Positions 55,327 to 64,000 of a stretch of 64,000 nt of DNA are shown here, in pieces. The notes under the pieces were generated by a model. That model saw only the letters and a list, made by a program, of their open reading frames with translations, did not search any database and was not told the DNA's origin. How positions within the stretch are numbered: position 1 is the stretch's first letter; each line of letters opens with the position of its first letter. A program made the translations under genes and the position numbers. The DNA is from Eledone cirrhosa (lineage: Eukaryota). The stretch is taken from contig OZ024743.1 in NCBI GenBank assembly GCA_964016885.1, positions 291,338,001-291,402,000 on the forward strand, given 5' to 3'.

Positions 55327-55989
55327 TTAGTAAATTTGTATTCCAATGTTACTAAGTAGTTGCATTGGATGGAGTCAACCGACGTCAGAGATTGCTCAAC
55401 GTATAATAAAGTGTGTTTTAAAATCCGGAGAAAATATGGAGAAGTTTACGAAATGGAAATGCGGGTTTATAGAATTTATTAGGTAACACTTGTTTCTATA
55501 GTGTATGGGTTACCTATACCTCGCTATTTGAATAATATACAAATATTATCATAAACCGAAGGTACACTGTAAGCAAACACACCATGTCTTCAGACCTTTG
55601 TATTAGAATGATATGAAAATATTTTATACACTAGATAAAAGATAAAGAAGGAGGTAAGAAGAGAAGGGGAAGAGGGAAGTGAGTAAGGTGGAGGGAGTCT
55701 TAGGATTTACGACTGTCAGACTAGTAGAGATTATGAGGAGAGAATGTTTTAGCAGCAGTTAGCTTAATGAGGCGTGCTAAGGTTGGCTGGGAAGTAGATT
55801 CTTCTAGTGGTGTTGTTCGGACAAAATTTAGTTTAAGGGGTCAAAGTGGTACAGTGTCACAGACAAGTTATTAGGGCTATTATAGTAGCAGGTTATTTCT
55901 AAAGGGATCCAGAAAAACAGTGTTTAGTACTATTATTATACAAAGCCATATCTTGTGTATAAACATATAAGACAGAAATTTGCAAACGG

Positions 55990-57212
55990 TGGTGTAAAAA
56001 ATCACAGCGCTCATCCGATCACTTCACGATCAACATCAAACCGGCCTTTCAGTCCCCTTCCCCATCACAGGTGGCATGATACAGGAAGACGTACTTGCTG
56101 CTACATGCTTTTCCATCTACTGGTGGTAATGCTTCGGGTAATATTAGAAAACAACCAAGGAATCGACCTTCCATGCTTCATGGATGGCGGCGTCTTCAGC
56201 ACTGCTCACTCCCAGTTCAGGACGCGAACAACAAACGCGCGAGTCATAAAGCTCCAGTACACCGATGACAACTGCACCCTGGCCCATGAACTAGAAGACC
56301 TCCAGAATTCAGCGGACAAATTCCTAAGACCAACCAGGCAGTATGGACTCACCGTCAACGTTGCAAAAACTAAGGTCCTGCTCCCACCACGACTGGGACA
56401 ACAACGAACACCTGGAGCCAAATTTCTATCAGTGGACTGGGCTGCTAGAATGTTGAAAATTTTCCATACCGTGACAACGTACTAATATGAAATGCATTCG
56501 CTTCAAAACACATCGGTGACCGAATAAAGGACGCCATGCAGCATGTGGGAAACTATTCAAAGGGTCCTTCAGCAATCCTGGTCTAACACAAACCACGAAG
56601 TTCATGGTTTACCGAGCTGTTGAAATATCGACTCTCTTGTATCCCTGTGAGACCTGGGTAGTCTACCGAAGATGCTTCCACAAATTTTGACGATTCCATC
56701 AAACGAAACTTCGTAAAATCCTACGGATCTCGTGAGAGGCTCGGATCCCCGACAACAAAGTCGTTCTCCGCATAAAGATGGAGAGCCTAGAAAACATCAT
56801 GAACCGTCACTTACTTCGCTGGGTGAACACCTGAAATTATCTTTTAGGAGTTCGTATCTGATATGAGACCAAAAGGAGTTCCATGATGTCAATTCAAGGA
56901 TTAGCTCAGAAGCACCTGTATAAGGACAGACATCGATCCGGTCAATTGGGAGACGGAAACTACAGACAGAACCAATTGAAAAAGAAAAATCCACGAAAAA
57001 ACAACACTCTTCGAAAACACAATACGACAAATAGAAGAGACAAAAATAGCCGAAAGAAAAGCCAGATATTTCCATCATATGAACCCGCCTACAATACGAT
57101 GTGGTGGCTGCGTACGTCTCTTCAAATCCAACTCATAGGACTCATTTCGCACAGAAGGATATACTCGGCAATGGGTTCCGCCAACGACTTCGTTGTGTGT
57201 ATGTATGTGTGA
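55990..57212 (+). mobile_element. Decayed RTE-clade LINE, 3' half
   Basis: KLQYTDD (YADD), YGLTVNVAKTKVL, LLYPCETW, IGLISHRR; TGTA tail. Confidence 0.8.
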
Positions 57213-58521
57213 AGAGTTATTTTCTTGTGTAACCATATATGTTAGATAATATTAGATGCGTAATATTACCACATTATCAGATACACATGAAAATATTGCA
57301 TACGAAACGCATTCATTTCATGGTTTCTTAATATCTTGCAACCGTAATAATTCAACATATGTGAGTCTAGAGAATTATCAGCAGACTTCATTAAAATTAC
57401 TCTAATGATCTAGGACGTAATTTTATTCTAGAATTGTTATGTTTATTTGCTACCAGTTTAAAACTGTAATTTATTATGTTCAGCTGAAATTGTTCAGTCC
57501 AATGATACTCGAAATTGGTTTTGAGATTTACGAAGTTTTTAAATGCTTCATTTTCTCAGAGAGGCACTAACAATGTTAGAAGAATTTCCCCAGCAATGAT
57601 TAACTTTAAATCTCTGTAGATTTTGTATGTAGTTAAGAATCTAATGTTCAATACTTAAACATTGCTTTATTTTTATTTATCTGTTAGGCAATCTCATTAT
57701 ATATATGTGATTTGTTTAAAGATATTGCGTCTGCAATTGTGTATTTGAGTGCATGAGAAAACTTTATTTTTTAATATTGAATTAGTTAATGATTCTTTTT
57801 TTCTGGAATTTTGTTATATTTTTAAATTAATCATATCATAGTAGTTACGTTTGTCTAAACCATAAATCGATATACTTTATTGACACTGTCGGATTCTCAG
57901 CTGGAATATTGGCACTTCGTATTTAGTCACCAGTAAAATTATACAAGCCACTTATTCTCTCAAATCCTATCAATCTACTTGATGAGAATAAATCGGCATA
58001 AGTTCATTTAAGCTGTAGAAATCATGTATCCCATCACGTGGGTTGAGATTATAGAGTCTGGTGTACACTTTAAGATACTATATATTTTCAGTAATACCAA
58101 CAAAGGTGGCATTGAAATCTTAAAATATGTTTGACTCGCTACTAACAACCTCAACGCAATACACAGTAGCCATATGTGTTCATTACAAATCACATGTACA
58201 TATTATATACTCAGATTTCAGATAAAGGTCGGAAATTCTTCAGTGTTTTTTTTTTACATATTTGGGAACATTTTGTCGACCCCAACGATATTATAGACGG
58301 TGTGATGCATACGCAATATATAACGAGATAGGTTTTGAAAACATAATTTCAAATTGACTTTTGACAATTAATGAAAGTATTGTAAATTGAACTTTCATTG
58401 TCTCATGCATAATATATCTACAATTTCTTCAGTCAAGAAAATAAAAGTACGCTGGAAAATCCTATTTCTAATTTCAAACTTGCTCGCTGTTTCAAAATAT
58501 ACTTACTTACATATCTATCTA

Positions 58522-58572
<51 letters not shown>

Positions 58573-58573
<1 letters not shown>

Positions 58574-58740
58574 TCTATAAAAGACAGATTGCTGTTGTTG
58601 TGTGTGTGTGTATGTTGCATGTTTATACATTTGCACAATTTCAAACCGATTCGACTCAAATGTCTGTAAGAATGTTGTAAATATGAAGATATGCAAACAT
58701 GCCAGAATATTTGAATTTCCCTTAAATTGAAAAAAAATGA
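58573..58740 (+). mobile_element. Helitron-like 5' fragment
   Basis: ATCTATAAAA + GT repeat + aaccgattcgactcaa, similar in layout to the other Helitrons. Confidence 0.4.
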
Positions 58741-59815
58741 TGAACACCTTTAATTGATTTTTGGATCTAACTGGACCCTCATGAGGGTGCGTTCATATCA
58801 TCCTATTAACCACGAGGAAACTTGCATTTGATCAGTATATATACCCATTGGCACTTAGTATTATTATGAAATTGATGTTCCAATTACATCCTTAATGTGA
58901 CCTGACGGTGTCGCCGTCATGATCTGATTATTGATTATATTTCCTGGGCAGCTGACGAATTTAGATCAATTCTTTATCAACTGAAACGGACTTTCTGAAG
59001 ATATTTTCGGAGAGCATTATGTGAAGTGATTGAGCCAAACGTATCAATGAGATATCCACTATTGGTAATGAGGATTGAAATAGCTTCAGATGAGATAGAA
59101 AATCGGTTCCTGGGATATATCGGTTCCTGGGATAATATTCTGTGAAAATAATTACATTCAGATTTAAACACTTATCCCACCATCTCATTTTTTTAGACGT
59201 ACATATTCTAATGTTATATATAAATGACATTTTCTTTTAAATTATGCATTATTAAAAGTTCACCAATCCATGTTACCATGTTATGATTTAACATGGTATC
59301 AAGATCCATGAGGCACTTTTAAAATATTTAACGACTTTAATCTCTTTTAGAATTGCATTGTCGAAGAAAAATAGTATGATTATTTATAATATTCTGCAAT
59401 ATCAAATGTGCAATTACATTAGAGTGTTTTTTTCTTTTTTCATTTTTTTCTTGTAGTGTCAGAAAGCGTTTTAAGTTATATCGTGTTTAAATCATTATAA
59501 AGTATATCTATTTCTATGGAAACTACATGCGTTTTCTGTTCCTATAATATTCACTTTAATATAGGATGTGTTATCATAATCGTATATAATTAATTTCCTC
59601 GTTTATTTTTTTTTAGCCAAATTTTCCTACGGAATTAATAATCTTCAAAGTCATAATTCGTCCTATTATGCTTTACATCTGGTGATAATACAGTGCACAC
59701 GGGTACATGTATATGTGTTTGGGTATTTGTGATTATGTATATATATACATGCATACAGATATACACACACATACAAACACAGACACACATATATACATAC
59801 ACGCATACGAGCGCA

Positions 59816-61748
<1,933 letters not shown>

Positions 61749-61749
<1 letters not shown>

Positions 61750-64000
61750 ATTTCTATTTATTTGCCACGAGGGCACAAAAGAAAGGGACATTTACACAGT
61801 GGGGGAGTTTACATAAATCGAGTAAAGAAAAAAGGAATAACAATAATAATATAACAATAAAAAGTCCTCAAAAGGGAGGGGGCGTGTTGGGGATTGCACA
61901 TACCCCCGAAAAGTGTGCAACTCTTTTCGCTGGGGAAGCCCAGAGAGGAGGCGCTCCCCCTTTCCTCTTCACTTCTTCACCTACAGAACAATGTAGAGAG
62001 AAGGCCCATTTACACGGGCCATTCTCGCTTCTTTCACCCACCTTTCATAAAACTGTCTGGGACCAAGCACTTCTCTCTCCATCCTGATTCTTCTTCCGAA
62101 GTGGTATCGGAAGAAGTAAACCAGGTGATGGCCGGAGAGAAAGTCACCCGACCTCAGACCTTTCAGGCGCGTCCACCACACAACCTCTTTCATCATGGCT
62201 ATTACGCACAGAAAGACCGCCTCTGCTTCATTTCTGAAGGGAGGAGGCGGCTTGATGTTCACCACAGACTCGGCGGTTAATCGAATCGGCGCCACACGCG
62301 ACAGCAGTCGTTCGACGTAGCCCCACAGATCGGCAACGCCCGGGCAGTGTACCAGTGCATGCGCAACGGTTTCCTCGTCGCGCACGCATCTGGGACAGAT
62401 CTTTTTCGCGGGATCCCTGCCTGGGCGCCCGTGTCTGTAGAGCTTTTCTCGAACGGGCAGAGCCCCCCGGTAACACTGCCAGGCTAGGGACCTCTGGAAG
62501 TTGTCCATGGGTCCCGGGCCGAAAGTTCTACCGAACAGGCTGGCCAGTTCGTCCTCCTCCATGCCTAGCGACTTTCCAAGGGTGTCGTCGCCCCTGCTAG
62601 CCACCAACCCTCTATAGAATGTCGAGGTGGATTCTCCACTGACAGTCGGGTCCGCTTGCCAGATAGCCGTGAGCGCCTGGGCACACTCAGTGTGCCAGTT
62701 GCCCAGTTTTCTCGGTCTTTGCTTCACCCAGGATTGCAGTTCGGTGAGCGAGACGAGCTGTGGGAAGGCTCGCCTCACAAACGGGGCCCACACCGGCTGA
62801 CCGTTGAGGAATACCTGTAGATGCCGTAGCCTCAATGCGTGCCTACGCATCAACAGCCACGGCATACCCAGCCCTCCTTTCGAAGGGTGCTGGCAGCAGA
62901 TGGATCTCCTCACCATGGGAGGCCGCTTCTTCCAGAGGAACTGGAAGAGCATGCGTTCCATGATGGTGAGCTTTTCCTTGGGGCAAGGCACGACGGTCAG
63001 GCGGTAGTAGATGACGGACGCTATGTAAGCGCTCGTCACCTCCGCCCGACCTTTCAGTGATAGTTTGCACTTGGCCCACTTCTGGGTCAGCGCAAACACC
63101 CTGCTCGTCACCTCGCCCCAATTCTTCTCCACCTGGAGGTCCGGTCCGAACCAGACCCCGAGCAGCTTCACCGGGCCCTCCGTCCACCGCCCGACGACAC
63201 CGTCTAACGGCATCGGTTTGCCCCTCCACGTTCCGAGTTGCAAACCGACTGACTTGTCCTGGTTCAGCTTAGCCCCCGTCAGCCTTTCGTATTCCTCCAG
63301 TAGGGTGGCGATCGCCCCGATTTCCGAGGCGTCCGCCACCATTACTGTTACGTCGTCGGCATAGGCCGAGACCGCTTTGTGCAATCCCGGTTCCAGGGGT
63401 ATGCCCCGCAGCAACTCCAACTTCCGCAGCAGTGGCTCGAGAGTCAATACGTACAGAAGGGAGGAGAGGGGGCACCCCTGTCTGATGGATCGGGTGATTT
63501 GAAACGGCTACGAGAGGTAGCCGTTTACTTTAATCCTAGAGTAGATGTTGCCACTGTGCATGGCAGAAATCCAGCCCCTGAAAACGGGTCCGAAGCCCGC
63601 CGCCGCTAGCACCGCATCCAGGTAACCATGGTCGACCCTATCGAACGCCTTAGATTGATCCAAGTTGATCAGGGCCCCACCAAAGCCGGGTTCGTAGCCA
63701 ACCCTCTCTATGATGTATCGCATGAGGTGGAGGTTGTCGTGAATGGACCTGGACGGGATAGCGCATGTCTGCGCGTCTCCCACCAAACCACCCACCACAA
63801 GCGCCAACCTCTTCGCCAACACCTTGGCCAAAATCTGTAACTCTGCATTCAGCAGAGTTATGGGCCTAAAGTTACTTAAGTCGTCCCCCTTGCTCTCGTC
63901 CTTCCTCACTAGCGTGACCACGCCCTTGGTCACAGAACAGGGAATTCTCCCGTTCTGTTGCCAGTTGCAATAGACAGCCTCGAGGAGTTCGGAGAACAAG
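61749..64000 (-). mobile_element. Tx1/L1-clade LINE, ORF2 3' part and 3' UTR, runs off the window end
   Basis: FRPITLLN, LDQSKAFDRVDH, QGCPLSPLLY, AYADD, GGLGMP, CPRC..ETVAHALVHC; one frameshift near 63500. Confidence 0.92.

Overview
AT-rich, microsatellite-dense animal genomic DNA with no intact host gene. The dominant tRNA-derived SINE suggests an octopod cephalopod (inference). Most ORF-track entries are microsatellite artefacts. The window holds a full-length but disrupted Vingi-type LINE with an 11-bp TSD and an HDV-like ribozyme at its 5' end, RTE, CRE and Tx1/L1 LINE remnants, SINEs, non-autonomous Helitrons, a MITE, and possible decayed Ig-domain exons. The main signal is a recurrent architecture seen about 11 times: (TA)n - inverted arm - spacer - arm plus a unique tail (mostly ~35-100 bp) - (TA)n. 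Several of these insertions carry Penelope-like element (PLE) RT or GIY-YIG remnants, some of Naiad type. The large ones carry outward-facing type-I hammerhead ribozyme (HHR) motifs in both arms, including U3-A8 covariant cores and palindromic stem-III loops. One Naiad copy has an in-frame UGA at a conserved Cys. All structures were read by eye; no alignments or searches were run.
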